Shown one piece after another: positions 14,181 to 27,619 of a stretch of 64,000 bases of DNA. The stretch is from Pristiophorus japonicus (lineage: Eukaryota), in contig NC_091999.1 in assembly GCF_044704955.1 (NCBI RefSeq), positions 65,100,001-65,164,000 of the forward strand. Direction: 5' to 3'. The stretch's first letter is position 1. Each line of letters opens with the position of its first letter. Both the position numbers and the translations under genes were made by a program. The notes beneath the pieces were generated by a model, which made no database searches, was not told the DNA's origin, and saw only the letters and a program-made list of their open reading frames with translations.

Positions 14181-15162
14181 AGAAACATAGAAACATAGAA
14201 ACATAGAAAATAGGTGCAGGAGTAGGCCATTCGGCCCTTCTAGCCTGCACCGCCATTCAATGAGTTCATGGCTGAACATTCAACTTCAGTACCCCATTCC
14301 TGCTTTCTCGCCATACCCCTTGATCCCCCTAGTAGTAAGGACCTCATCTAACTCATTTTTGAATATATTTAGTGAATTGGCCTCAACAACTTTCTGTGGT
14401 AGAGAATTCCACAGGTTCACCACTCTCTGGGTGAAGAAGTTTTTCCGCATCTCGGTCCTAAATGGCTTACCCCTTATCCTTAGACTGTGACCTCTGGTTC
14501 TGGACTTCCCCAACATTGGGAACATTCTTCCTGCATCTAACCTGTCTAACCCCGTCAGAATTTTAAACGTTTCTATGAGGTCCCCTCTCATTCTTCTGAA
14601 TTCCAGTGAATACAAGCCCAGTTGATCCAGTCTTTCTTGATAGGTCAGACCCGCCATCCCGGGAATCAGTCTGGTGAACTTCGCTGCACTCCCTCAATAG
14701 CAAGAATGTCCTTCCTCAGGTTAGGAGACCAAAACTGTACACAATACTCCAGGTGTGGCCTCACCAATGCCCTGTACAACTGTAGCAACACCTCCCTGCC
14801 CCTGTACTCAAATCCCCTTGCTATGAAGGCCAACATGCCATTTGCTTTCTTAACCGCCTGTTGCACCTGCATGCCAACCTTCAATGACTGATGGACCATG
14901 ACACCCAGGTCTCTTTGCACCTCCCCTTTTCCTAATCTGTCACCATTCAGATAATAGTCTGTCTCTCTGTTTTTACCACCAAAGTGGATAACCTCACATT
15001 TATCCGCATTATACTTCATCTGCCATGCATTTGCCCACTCACCTAACCTATCCAAGTCGCTCTGCAGCCTCACAGCATCCTCCTCGCAGCTCACACTGCC
15101 ACCCAACTTAGTGTCATCCGCAAATTTGGAGATACTACATTTAATCCCCTCATCTAAATCAT
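14181..15162 (-). mobile_element. Young 5'-truncated CR1 (~1 kb) inserted into an older L2-like relic
   Basis: (agaaacat)3 tail; KFADD and LVRPHLEY motifs; near-identical to elements C/D. Flanks 14000-14180 and 15163-15410 look like one L2 3' end. Confidence 0.92.
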
Positions 15163-15581
15163 CTCTCCCGCTGCTCCAACCTCTTGTCCACACTCCTCTC
15201 CCTTTGCTCCACTAGCGGTGGTCATTAATTTAATCGCCAAGATCTTACTTTCTGAAATGTCCTCTCGAAATCCTTCTTTCTCTCCACCTGCCTCTCCTCC
15301 TTTAAGCTCAGGTTTTTGGTCACTCTCCCTGCTCTCTCAATCTTTGGCTTGGCGTCCAATTCACATTTTTATGTTTTTCCCCCTTGTTCGAGCCACTCTG
15401 TAATGCAAGTTTCTGTGAAATAAATTACCGACTGATTCATTATTTTATATTAATTATTTGCAGTATTAGTTTCTTAAAAATATTGTCTCTCCTCCACGCT
15501 TGATGTTTTTCTCACTGTAATGTTTTATGGTGCCACCGGTGTCCTTTGACTCATCGTGTTCTCCCCACCTGCCAAAAGTCC

Positions 15582-15820
15582 AGTCCATTGATTCATTCAG
15601 TCCTGACCAACACCGATCCGTCCCATTCACTGGCCCATTCAGTCCTGACCAACATCCACCCGTCCCATCCACTGGTCCATTCAGTTCTGACCAGCACGCA
15701 CCCATCCCATCCACTGGTCCATTTAGTCATGTCCCAACATCCACCTGTCCCATCCACTGGTCCATTCAGTCATGTCCGAACACCTAACCCTCCCATCCGC
15801 TGGATAATTCAGTCCTAACC
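15582..15820. repeat. 42-bp minisatellite (~5-6 copies)
   Basis: Unit ccattcagtcctgaccaacatccacccgtcccatccactggt; 14-aa periodicity in overlapping ORFs. Confidence 0.9.
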
Positions 15821-16515
15821 ATTCGTTCATTATCCCTCTGCTTTCCAGACTGTTCCTGAGGGTGGCGCTACTCATACTCTGGTGCTCCTGGCTATTGTCC
15901 AGTGTCCAGCACGGATTCAACATCGGTTTCCATGATTTTGTTTAATTAATTGGTGAATGTTCCTATCTTCTAATAGTGATTCTGCCCGTAATTAGAATCC
16001 AGTAGAAGGGTCTCCTTATATAAGTTCCACACTTCAGACCTCATTCATCAGAAGGAAACCGCTTTGGAAAGCAAGACTTTCGTTGTTTCTTTCAAAAACC
16101 GACCAGTGATATTCCACCGATTTTGAAAATTGCACCATTTCCTTTCGAATGGATACACAGCCCAGCGATGCATAGCCTAAATGTAAACATGCACTGCTTC
16201 CAACAGGGTCATAGGAGTGTGATCAGGACTAGAAATTCTGGTTTATTTTCACTATTAACCCGAGGTCATTGAGGACATTGCATATTCCACCTGCTAATCC
16301 TTTACACGCTGGGAATTGGAGCTGGTTTCCCGCTACACCAGGGCGGTGTTTTATTATAATCCTCTCTCCAGCAAAAAGTTCAATCAAAGATAAATTAACG
16401 GGAATCTCTCCCTGGATTCTCGAATAATGCTGCTCATTTCACCCAGAGTTATATCAGACAGGTGCTGTTGCTCTCATTCTGAAGTTTAATCCCCCTGCTT
16501 TACTCGTCCTTACAG

Positions 16516-17608
16516 TGAACTTGGTGACGATTGTGATCATGTCGCGAGGAAGTTGCAGTTTCTTCAACTGTGTCACCCGTTACCTGGTGCCCCTGGCAGC
16601 CGCGGATATTCTGGTCGTGGTCACTGATCTCATATTCTAGCAGAGTCATATATTTTATCGAGCTCAGTTTCAGTTCATGTGGAAGATTAAGTATTTTAAT
16701 ATCCACGCCGTACTGCATCACTCATGTCACAGACTGGTCTGTCTAGTTCACAGTCACTTTCACCTTTGATCGATTTATAGCCATTTGTTGCCAAAAGCTG
16801 AAAAGAAAATATTGCGCCGAGAAAACGGTGACTGTGGTTGTGGGAACAGTGAGTGTGCTGCTCTGTGTGAAGAACACTTTCTGATACTTTATGTATGGAG
16901 GTGCTTGTGGGAAAATTGAGTGCGCTGTTTTGTGAGAAGAACACTTTCTGGTATTTATGTATGGAAGTGGTTGTGGGAACAGTGAGTGTCCTACTCTGTG
17001 TGAAGATCAATTTCTGGTGCTTTATATATGGAGGTGGTTGTGGAAACTGTGAATGTGCTGCTCCGTGCGAAGAACACCATCTGGTACTTTACGTATGGAG
17101 GTGGTTATTGGAATTCTAATCCTCCCTGGTTTGGTTTTGTATCATTGGCTGTTGCTGAGTCACCTGCATGGGCAGTAATTTAATTCCTTCAGTATATTTT
17201 TACCCCATGTATCCATTTTTTCTGATTCTGCTGCTTAATGCTTTAACTGTTAAACAGGTGTTAGTGTCGAACAGAGGCCGCACGAGACGCTGGGCCCACA
17301 GCAGTGGCGAAAGTCCCAATGACCCAGAGATGGAGGAGCGGAGAAAATCCATCATTTTACTCTTTGTTATATCCAGGAATGTTATCCTTTTATGGACAAT
17401 GCTTCTGTTGTATTCTGTGTGTAGCATATTGTATCTGTTACGTTATATTTATGTGTATCTGTATCAATATGTAAAGGAACTTGGATTTATGCTTCAGCTC
17501 CTGAGTTGCTGCACCAACACATGTATTTATCCAATGACACAGATTAAATTTAGGGAGGAGTTGAAAAATGTGCTGATATATCTGTTGAGTGTAATCGTTA
17601 ATTCGTGA
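16516..17608 (+). pseudogene. GPR139-like rhodopsin-family GPCR pseudogene, main coding exon
   Basis: Acceptor ccttacag|TG AAC. Reads VNLVTIVIMSRGSCSFFNCVTRYLVPLAAADILVVVTDLIF*, then FTFDRFIAICCQKLKRKYC (DRY-type motif), RRKSIILLFVIS and LLSCCTNTCIYPMTQIKFREELK. Stops (e.g. 16638-16640), a frameshift and a TM4 tandem expansion disable it. Confidence 0.85.
16834..17100 (+). repeat. 4 x 66-67-bp tandem duplication inside the GPCR exon
   Basis: Units start at 16834, 16901, 16967 and 17034; consensus gtggttgtgggaacagtgagtgtgctgctctgtgtgaagaacactttctggtactttatgtatggag. Confidence 0.95.
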
Positions 17609-18554
17609 AATAATGAGATTTTGCACCAATCCCCTCACCTCTGTGATACACGCACATTGAGGCCGGTTTTCATCTTTCAGCGCCCGGATTCGGAGATTTA
17701 CGGGAACGATAGAGGTGCGAAGTCTGCAGAGCTCAATCCCACTGGATTCCTGCTGCTTTTTATTTACGTTCTGTGCTCTGATCGGGGCTTGAGCAGGTTT
17801 AGGAAGCTCCTGCCTACGAGGCTCGAGTTTCACCTGATTACCAAAAGCGGGCAGCGCAAAGAAGATCGACCTATCAGTTTACAGTCCACGGGCGGACGGG
17901 CCACTCAGCCCTCAGCAACCGCAGGGAACCCTCTGGGAATGTCCTCAGACCAACCTGCAGCCAGGCCTGGCGGTTTTAGAAGGCTCAAAGTTCAATGATT
18001 TTAGCAATTTAGAAACCCTCCCACTAGTTGTCCCAGCGGCGTTCAAGCTGAAAAGTCCCAGAGCACCGTTATGGTGAAATATCCTTGTTTGGGATTAGAA
18101 TTTCTCTCGTAGACGGATTATGTTCCAATGAAATTCAACAAATAAAAAGTCCCTTTGAAGACAACAATTTGGGAAAGGGAACCATGAACTGTGTCCAGCT
18201 CACCCTAATCGCAGCCAGCCAGCATAGTGTGCAGACTAAAGAGTTAATAATCATTTATCGTCTCTTAATATAAATCTGTCTGAACAAAGTGGAGATGGGC
18301 AGGATATTTGACTACTCCTCATATTCTACCCACTGAACCCAGCTTACCTTTCACTGCATAGAAAAGCTCCGAGCTAAACACAGCTCATAATAAGCAGTGA
18401 TCAGAGAGGTTGCTTTCTAGGTTGGTTGCTAGGCACTGTAGTACTTGTGCTGTCATGAAATAGTGACATTCCCGTGACATCACAGACCTGCCCTGCAAAC
18501 AACGCCCTGGTTTGTGGTCGACCCAGAATCAGTATTTCAACAACCCTTTTCTGG

Positions 18555-18905
18555 CACACACACCGAGTTACAGAGAGCCGCAGCACCCCACTTCTCCTTC
18601 ACACAATACCTTACACATAGTTGCAGAGGGTCTGCAGTGCCGCCTTTCTCCTTCATACAACACCTCACACAGAGTAACAGAGAGTCTGCAGTGCCACCTT
18701 TCTCCTTCATACAACACCTCACACAGAGTTACAGAGAGTCTGCAGTGCCGCCCTTCTCCTTCAGACATCACCTTACACAGAGTTACAGAGAGTCTGCAGT
18801 GCCGCCTTTCTCCTTCATACAACACCTCACACAGAGTTACAGAGAGTCTGCAGTGCCGCCCTTCTCCTTCACGCAACACCTTACACAGCGTTATAGAGAG
18901 TCTGC
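18555..18905. repeat. 54-bp minisatellite (~6 copies)
   Basis: Unit cacacagagttacagagagtctgcagtgccgcctttctccttcatacaacacct; 18-aa periodicity. Confidence 0.92.
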
Positions 18906-19154
18906 GGAGCCGAAGCAGAATTCCCGGCTACAGATTAATCCGAGGCCATTTCCCTGAGGTTTCCTTTGGGGTGCTGACCCTGAGTGGCGTATTTGCCTAT
19001 GGACTGTAAACTGACAGAGCGACCATCCCCGCCCCAGCCCCTTTCCGACCAACACTTCATGCCAGCTTTTACTCTATCAGTATATCCGGCTCTCGGTTTT
19101 CCCTTCATGTTCGTATGCATCTTCGCCTAAATGCAACTATGCATTTCGCCACAA

Positions 19155-20925
19155 TTCGGGACAAGTCGCAGAATTGATCGCTCGCTTGCTTCAAGACAGG
19201 AAGGAAATAGTAGGTTTAGCTAGTCAGAGTGGCAGAAGGTGGAAAGTGGGGTTCCACAAGGATCAGTGCTGTGACCACTGTTGTTCCCAATTAAAATTAA
19301 CGATGTATAATTTGGAATCAAAAACGCAATTTCTAAATTTGAGGATGAAACTCAAATGTGGGGGGTGGGGGGGGGGGTGCGAATAGAGAATATTGAGGAG
19401 GATTGCGACACATTGCAAGAATACATTAATTAACTTGCAAAATGGGCCGATTATTGGCAAATGAAATTCAACGCATAAGTGTGAGGCATTTTGGTACAAA
19501 AAATAAGGAGTTCTCATATTAGAAAAGGACATGAGAAAAATGAAGCATGAGGAGATCATTCGGCCCTTCGAGCTTGCTCTTCGACCTCAACTCTGCCTTC
19601 CTGCACGATTCCGATATCCCTTGGCTCCCTTAGTATAAAAACATCTATAGATCTCTGTCTTTAATATACTCAAATATTTTGCATTCATAGCCCTCTCGGG
19701 TGGAGAATTCCAAGAGTCACAATCCTTTAATGAGGAAATTCCTCCTATTTCAATCCTAAATGGCCGACCGTTAATCTGCGATTGTGTCCCAAGGGGAAGC
19801 ATCCTCCCGGCATCGACCCTGTCAAGCCCTCTAAGAATGTTATACACTTTAATCACAGCACCACGGTAGGGAATATAGACCGAGTCTACTCGATCTTTCT
19901 TCATAGGACATTTCACCATTCCAGAAATCAGTCCAGTGAACGTTCGTTGCCCTCCGTCTAAGGCAAGTCAACCCTTCCTTAGGTAAGGAAATCACACTGT
20001 TCATCAAAGCATTGTACTCCAGGCGTGGTCTCACTAAGGCCCTATATAATTGCAGGATGACTTATTTAATCTATAACACAATAAAGGCTAACATACAATT
20101 TGATTTTCTAATTGCGTGCTATACCTAAACGTTAACGTTCAGCAATTTGTGCCCTAATGTTGTGTAATAACCTCTTGTATGGTACGCTGTCGATTGCTAA
20201 CTGGTCTTGAGCTCCTTCTTTTCTACCTCACTCGGTTCTTGAATAGGCTGGTTATATTTTCTACCTTCCATTCCGCGGGGACAGTTCTGGAAATACATCA
20301 AGATCAAAATCAATGAATCCACTGTCTCTGTAACCACAAACATTAAAATGTTAGGATGTATCTCAACAAGTGCAGGGGATTTGCCTTGTTTTAGTCTCAT
20401 TCATTTCTCCAGTACAATTTATTTTCTAATACTAATTCCTTTACGTTCCTCATTCTCACTTGGACCTTGGTTCCTCATTATTTCTGCAATGTTTTTTGAC
20501 TGATCGGTGAAAACAGATACAAAGTATTCGCTTCGTGTCTCTACCATTTCCTTATTCCCTATTATAATGTATTCTCTCTCTGCCTGTAAGGGACCCACCT
20601 TTACTTTCGTTAATCTCTCTTTTTACATAAACATAGAAGCTTCTGCAATCCATTTTATGTGTCTTATTAATTTACTGTCGTTATCTTTTCGCTCTCTTTA
20701 ACAATGTCTTGGTCATCCTTTGCTCAATTCTAAACTCTTCCCAATTATCTGAAAAATAATAAGAGACTAAAGAAATCGAGGAGTAAAATACATAAATTAC
20801 TCAAAGAATCACAGCAAGTTAATATGGCTAGGAAAACCAAAGAATTCACTAGGGATTGTTTCTAGATGGCGAGAATTAAAAAACCGAGAAGATATGCTGA
20901 ACTTGTATCGAACATTGGTTAGACA
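19155..20925. mobile_element. Mosaic of old CR1 fragments on both strands
   Basis: RT-derived pieces such as RGLDRVDAGRM (19587-19919) and MRPRLEY. Confidence 0.75.
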
Positions 20926-21057
20926 AGGGGTTCACAAACGGGGGTCCGAGGGCCCCAAGCTTTTTGCGAGAAGATGTCAAAGTGTCCACCATAAATAACC
21001 CACGGGATTTAAAAAAATCTGATTTCAAAAAAGGTTGTCGGACCTCTGTTCCTAGTT

Positions 21058-21535
21058 TCAGCTGTGGCTCAGTGGTAGCACTCTCGCGCCTGCATCAGAA
21101 GGCTATGGGTTCAAACCCACTCCAGAGACTGAAAGCAAATGAACGTAGGCTGAGACTCCAGTGCAATGCTGATCGAGTGCTGTACTGTCGAAGGTGCTGT
21201 CTTTTAGATGAGACGTTAAACCGAGGTCACATCTGCTCTTTCACATGGACATAAAAGGTCCCATTACACGATTTGGAATGATAGCAAAGGCGGGGGGGTG
21301 GTTCTTCCCGCTGGCCTGGCCAATAGTTATCCCTCATTCAACATAACAAAAAACAGATTATCTGGTCATTTTCACATTGCTGTTTGTGGGAGCTTGCTTG
21401 CATGCAAACTGGCTGCCGCGTTTCCTACATTATAGCTGTGACTGCACTCCAAAAAAAGTACTTCCTTGGCTGTAATGCGCTTTGAGACGCCCAGTGGTCG
21501 TGATTGGCGCTACATAAATCCAATATTTATTTAGT
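21058..21535 (+). mobile_element. tRNA-derived Deu-domain SINE (SacSINE1-like)
   Basis: A box tggctcagtggt, B box ggttcaaaccc, body ggtgctgtcttttagatgagacgttaaaccgagg, L2-type tail gcgctttgagacg...ggcgctacataaat; homologous to 55790-56190 and 59240-59690. Confidence 0.8.
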
Positions 21536-23379
21536 TATTTTCACTTTCCCGAACGTCTGAGCAATGACGGTAGCAACTGCCGTTAGTCACTAAGCCCAGA
21601 TCCATCGGCTGGAGCTCTCTGCTCTTCTCTCGCCAGGTCCCGCTGTATAATGCACCCCCGCCCCACACTTATCCTAATGCTACGCTGCATGGATTCGAGT
21701 TCCCCCACCGCCCCACCCCCCCCATCCCGAACTAATAGGGGAAGTTGCTCTTCTACTTTCATGCCTCAGTCGCTGAATCCTCTGCCATCCGTCACCAGCA
21801 ACAACAATAACTCATTCACAACTTTGTCCTATTTTTCTTATTCGGGCATTCGTGATCGTCAATGAAATGAAGAAGGGGCAAAGAAGTAGGTGGCAGCTGC
21901 AAGGAGGAAAGGAGTTACTGGCATCAAACTGTGAGTCGCTGTCGATGTGGAGAAAGAAGAATATAAAGTGTCAACATTAGTAAACTCTTAAGATTAATAC
22001 TTATTGCCAGCAAAATTGGAATAGTTTGCAAATTCATTTAGATATCCTGCAGTGTCTAATTCCACTCGCCCAGTGTAACGATTTGGCTCAAGAGATATTA
22101 CTGGTGGGAAAATACATCCTAAGTTATCAGTTCAACAATCTTTTATGATCAATAGAAGTTACACCGCAATTTTATTTCATTCGCAAAGATACCGATCCGG
22201 ATGCAATTGCATTATTTTATATCCTTTGCAACCTTTATTCCAATCAGATGATAACCGTGCTTTAAATATGAAATAAATCACTAAAAGAAGATAAATCAGT
22301 ACAGTTCAACAGGTGCTGATAATACTCTGAATTTTGTTCATTGTAATTCTTTAGGTACACAGTATAAGTACAAATAGGTACATGTAAATTCAGCCTTTAT
22401 CGTTTATTTTATTTCATTCACACATGAAATAACTCACAGAATAACGACGACGTGTTGTCTATCATCTGTTTACCATCAACAATATTGGTCTCTGCTGTGT
22501 TGTTGATGGTGAATACCTGTTTAAATATTCCGTCCTGCAGCTGCCAAAAGAGAAACGGAATTGTCCTCTTCATTGAATCCAATGGAGGTCCATCTCCAGC
22601 AACCATTGTAAATCTGATCGTGTTACTCATGTCACTCAAGTCAAACAAGTGTGTTCCCAATTATTCACCATCAGTAAATAAGCAGCCATAACATTTTCTT
22701 TGTAACATTAAATTCAGCTTATCCGACCGTGCAATTGTGATTGCTATTTGTGTGCGTTACTAAATGTATTTATAGCTTTGTACGTTGTAAAAATGGAGAG
22801 ACAAGTCATTGAAATAGCGTAATATTTATATTCAATGTGATACTCAATGTAACACTGAAAAATCTTGTTTTGTTTCCAAATGATGCGGTTGTTGATATTT
22901 ATTATTTTACCAGTGAGATTTTCAATAAAATTAATAGATTAATATTAGTCTGTTATCTAGGTTTCACCAGATATAGTAAACTGATCTTGGGATCTGGACA
23001 CAGTGGGAAGACTGCTATTATTTGTCGACCATTAGAAGGTGGTGGTGGGACTTCTTCCTGAAACATTGTTTGATAGAACTCAATGCTCGTCCACTTTAGA
23101 GGGCAGTTAAATATTAACCAGGTTGGTGTCACATATAGGCCAGACCTGGTAAGGATGGCAGCCGCCGTTCCAAATGACATGAGGGAAACTCTTGTTTTTT
23201 TATGACAATCGGACAGCGTCACTGTCAAGTTTAGTGATTCCAGATTGTTCTTCATTGCCGGCCTGAAACAACTTTCCCCATTTTCACACCAGGAACAATA
23301 GTTGTATTTGATGAGGTTCGCAATATCTATTTTATTAAGTGGTATTTTTCCATCAAATTAGCGATCTGGTCTGGATTAG

Positions 23380-23738
23380 TTCGAATCATAGAATCATAGA
23401 ATGGTTACAGCACAGAACGAGGGTATTCGGCATATCGAGCCTACCCCGGCTCGCTGCAAGAGTATCTCAGCTAGTCGCACTTTCCCACCTTTTCCCTGCA
23501 GCGCTGCAACTTGTTTTCTTTCATGTACTTCTCCAACTCCCTTTTAAAGCCGTGATTGAGGCTGCCTCTGCCACCCCTTCATGCACAATGTTTTTTCGTA
23601 TATTGCCTTTGATTCTTTTGCCAATCTGTGTTCTTTGGCTCAGGAACGTTTTCCAATCAGTCCAGACACCTCATGTTTTTGACCATCTCTCGCAAATTTC
23701 CTCTCAGTCATCTCTGCTCAAAGAGAACAACCCCAGCT
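23380..23738 (-). mobile_element. Old CR1 3' end
   Basis: (gaatcata)n tail plus decayed 3' UTR. Confidence 0.7.
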
Positions 23739-26700
23739 GAGAAACATAGAAACATAGAAATTAGGTGCAGTAGTAGGCCATTCGGCCCTTCGAGTCTGCA
23801 CCGTCATTCAATGAGTTCATGGCTGAACAAGCAACTTCAGTACCCCATTCCTGCTTTCTCGCCATACCCCTTGATCCCCCTAGTAGTAAGGACAACATCT
23901 AACTCCTTCTTGAAGATATTTAGTGAATTGGCCTCAACAACATTTTGTTGTAGACAATTCAACAGGTTTACCACTCTCTGGGTGAAGAAGTTTCTCCTCA
24001 TCTTGGTCCTAAATGGCATGCCCCTTATCCTTAGGCTGTGACCTCTGGTTCTCGACTTCCACAACATTGGGAACATTCTTCCTGCATCTACGCTGTCTAA
24101 ACCCGTCAGAATTTTAAACGTTTCTATGAAATTCCCTCATTCGTCTTAACTCCAGTGAATACAAAGCCAGTTGATCCAGTCTTTCATGATATGTCAATCC
24201 CGCCATCCCGCGAATCAGTCTGGTGAACCTTAGATCGGCTCCCTCAATAGCAAGAACGTCCTTCCTCAAGTTAAGAGACCAAAACTGTACACAATACTCG
24301 AGGTGTGGCCTTTACAACTGTAGTAATACCTCCCTGCCACTGTACTCAAATACCCTCGCTATGTAGGCCAGCATGCCATTTGCTTTCTTAACCGCCTGCT
24401 GTACCTGCATGCTAACCGTCAATGACTGATGTACCATGAAATCCAGGTCTCGTTGCACCTTCCCTTTTCCTAATCTGTCACCATTCATATAATAGTCTGG
24501 CTGTCTGTTTTTACCACCAAAGTTGATACTCTCACATTTATCCACATTATACTTCATCTGCCATGCATTTTCCCTGACGGCTAACCTAGCCAAGTTACTG
24601 TGCAGCCTCATAGCATCCTCCTCGCAGCTCACACTGCCACTCAACTTAGTGTCATCCACAAATTTGGAGATACTACATTTAATCCCCTCGTCTAAATCAT
24701 TAATGTACAATATAAACAGCTGGGGCCCCAGCACAGTAACTTGCGGTACCGCACTAAAGCAGGCACACTCCCATATAACATCATTTATTTTAACAGGCAG
24801 GCCACTTGGATTTAGCATGATTTATGCTTTCGCACTCTTTTTATAATTGCCATTCTGAAAATTACCCATTTACTCCTACTCTTTGCTTCCTGTCTGCCAA
24901 CCAGTTCTCAATCCACATCTGCACACTAGTCCGAATCCCATGTGCTTTAACTTTGCACGTTATTCTTTTGTGTGGGACATTGTCGAAAGCATTCTGAAAG
25001 TCCAAATACGCCACATTAACTGGTTCTCCCTTGTCCACTCTACTGGAAACATCCTCAAAAAATTCCAGAAGATTTGTCAAGCATGATTTGCCTTTCACAA
25101 ATCCATTGCTGACTTGGACTGAGCATGTCACCTCTTTCCAAATGCGCTGCTATGAAATCCTTAATAATGATTCCATCATTTTACCCAATACCGATGTCAG
25201 CTGGCCGGTCTATAATTGCCTGTTTTCTCTATCCCTCCATTTCAAAAAAGTGAGTTTACATTGGCTACCCTCCACTCCATAGGGACTAATCCAGAGTCAA
25301 TGGCATGTTGGAAAATGACTGTCAATGCATCCGCTATTTCAAAGGCCATCTCCTTAAGTACTCTGGGATGCAGACCATGAGGCCCTGGTGATTTATCGGC
25401 CTTCAGACCCATAAATTTGCCCAACACAATTTCCCGACTAATAAGGATTTCCCTCAGTTCCTCCTTCTTTCTAGACCTTCTGACCCCTTTTATATCCGGA
25501 AGTTTGCTTGTGTCCTCCTTAGTGAAGAACGAAACAAAGTACTTGTTCATTTGGTCTGCCATTTCTTTGTTCCCAGTTATGACTTCCCCTGATTCTGACT
25601 GCAGGGGACCTACGTTTGTCTTTACTAACCTTTTTCTCTTTACATATCTATAGTAGCTTTGCTGTCCATTTTAATCTTCCCTGCAAGCTTCCTCTCGTAC
25701 TCTATTTTCCCTGCCCTAATCAAACCCTTTGTCCTCCTCTGCTGAGTTCTAATTTCTCCCATTCCCCGGGGTCGCTGCTATTTCCGTCAATTTGTATGCC
25801 ACTCCGTTGGCTTTAATACTATCCCTGATTTCCCTTGATAGCCACGGTTGAGCCAACTTCCCTTTTTTATTTTTACGCTAGTGAGTGATGTACAATTGTT
25901 GTAGTTCATCCATGCGGTCTCTAAATGTCTGCCATTGCCCATCCATTGTCAACCGCTTAAGCATCATTCGCCAACCTATCCTAGCCAATTCACGTCTCAT
26001 ACCTTCAAAGTTGCCCTATTTTATGTTCTGTACCATGGTCTCTGAATTAACTGTTCCATTCTCCATCCTAGTGTAGAATTTAACCATATTATGGTCACTC
26101 TTCCCAAAGGGGCCTCGCATAACGAGATTACTAATTAATACTCTCTCATTGCACAACAGCCAGTCTAAGATGGCCTCCCCCTAATTGGTTGCTCAACATA
26201 TTGGTCTAAGAAACCATTTCTTATGCACTCTACGAAATCCTCCTCCAGTTTGGTTAGCCCAAACTATATCCATATTAAAGTCACCCATGATTACTGTTGC
26301 ACCTTTATTGCATGCACCACTAATTTCCTGTTTGATGCCCTCCACAACATCACTGCTACTGTTTGGGGGTCCGTACACAACTCCCACTAGCGTTTTCTGC
26401 CCCTTGGTATTCCGCAGCTCCACCCATACCGATTGCACATCATCCAAGCTAATGTCTTTCCTTACAATTGCCTTAATTTCCTCTTTAACCAGCAACGCTA
26501 CCCTGCCTCCTTTTCATTTCTGTCGATCCTTCCTCAATGTTGAGTACCCCTGGATGTTGAGTTCCCAGCCTTGGTCACTCTGGAGCCATGTCTCCGTGAT
26601 GCCAACCACATCTTATCCGTTAACTGCTATCTGAACAGTTAATTCGTCCACCTTATTCCGAATACTCCTCGCACTGAGGCACAGAGCCTTCAGGCTTGCC

Positions 26701-27610
26701 TTTTTAAAACACTTGGACCCTTTAGAATTTTTCTGCAAAGTGGCCCTTTTTGTTTTTTGCCTTGGGTTTCTCTGCCCTCCACTTTTAGTCATCGTCTTTC
26801 TGTCTTTTGCTTCTTTCTCCAATTTGATTACCTCTTTCTCCCTGCATTGGTTTTTCATCCCCCTGCCATATTAGTTTAACTACCCCCCGACAGCACTAGC
26901 AAACATTCAACCTAGGACATTGGTTCCGGTCCTGCCTATGTGCAGACCGTCCGGTTTGTACTGGTCCCACCTCCCCCAGAACCGGTTCCAATGCCCGAGG
27001 TATTGGAAATCCTCCGTGCTGCACCACTGCTCAAGCCACGTATTCATCTGAGCTGTCCTTCGATTCCTATTTTGACTAGCACGTGGCACTGTTGGCAATG
27101 CCGAGATTACTACTTTTGAGGTCCTACTTTTTAATTTCGCTCCTCGCTCCTTAAATTCGTCTCGTAGGACATCATCCCGTTTTTTTACCTATATTGTTGG
27201 TGCCAATGTGCACACGACAACTGGCTGTTCACCCTCCCATTTCAGAATGTCCTGCACCCGCTCTGAGACATCCTTGACCCTTGCACCAGGGAGGCAGCAT
27301 ACCATCCTGGAGTCTCGGTTGCGGCCTCAGAATCGCCTATCTATTCCCCTTACAATTGAATGCCCGATCACTATCGCTCTCCCACTTTTTTTCCTACTCT
27401 CCTGTGCAGCAGAGCCAGCCACGGTGCCATGAACTTGGCTGCTGTTGCTCCCCCCTGATGAGTCATCCCCTTCAACAGTACTCAAAGCAGAGTATCTATT
27501 TTGCAGGGGGATAAACGCAGGGGATCCCTGCACTACCTTCCTTGCACTGCTCTTCCTGTTGGTCTTCCATTCCCTCTCTGGCTGTGGACCGTTTACCTGC
27601 GGTAAGACCA
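23739..27610 (-). mobile_element. Near full-length CR1 LINE (ORF1 3' part and ORF2), disabled
   Basis: (agaaacat)n tail; ORF1 IVIGHSIVRGIDRRF; endonuclease LVGVVYGPP and MGDFN; RT motifs in fragmented ORFs. Confidence 0.95.
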
Positions 27611-27619
27611 ACTCGCATC

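Noticed and set aside
18512-19009. Repetitive 147-165-aa ORFs (also 15466-15818)
   Set aside because: Open only because the 54-bp and 42-bp minisatellite units are multiples of 3.
20924-21048. hAT/Charlie-like MITE
   Set aside because: The ends resemble CAGGGGTT...AAC only loosely and there is no 8-bp TSD; too weak to call.
21058-21130. tRNA gene
   Set aside because: The A/B boxes belong to a SINE head that continues into the SINE body; no complete cloverleaf.
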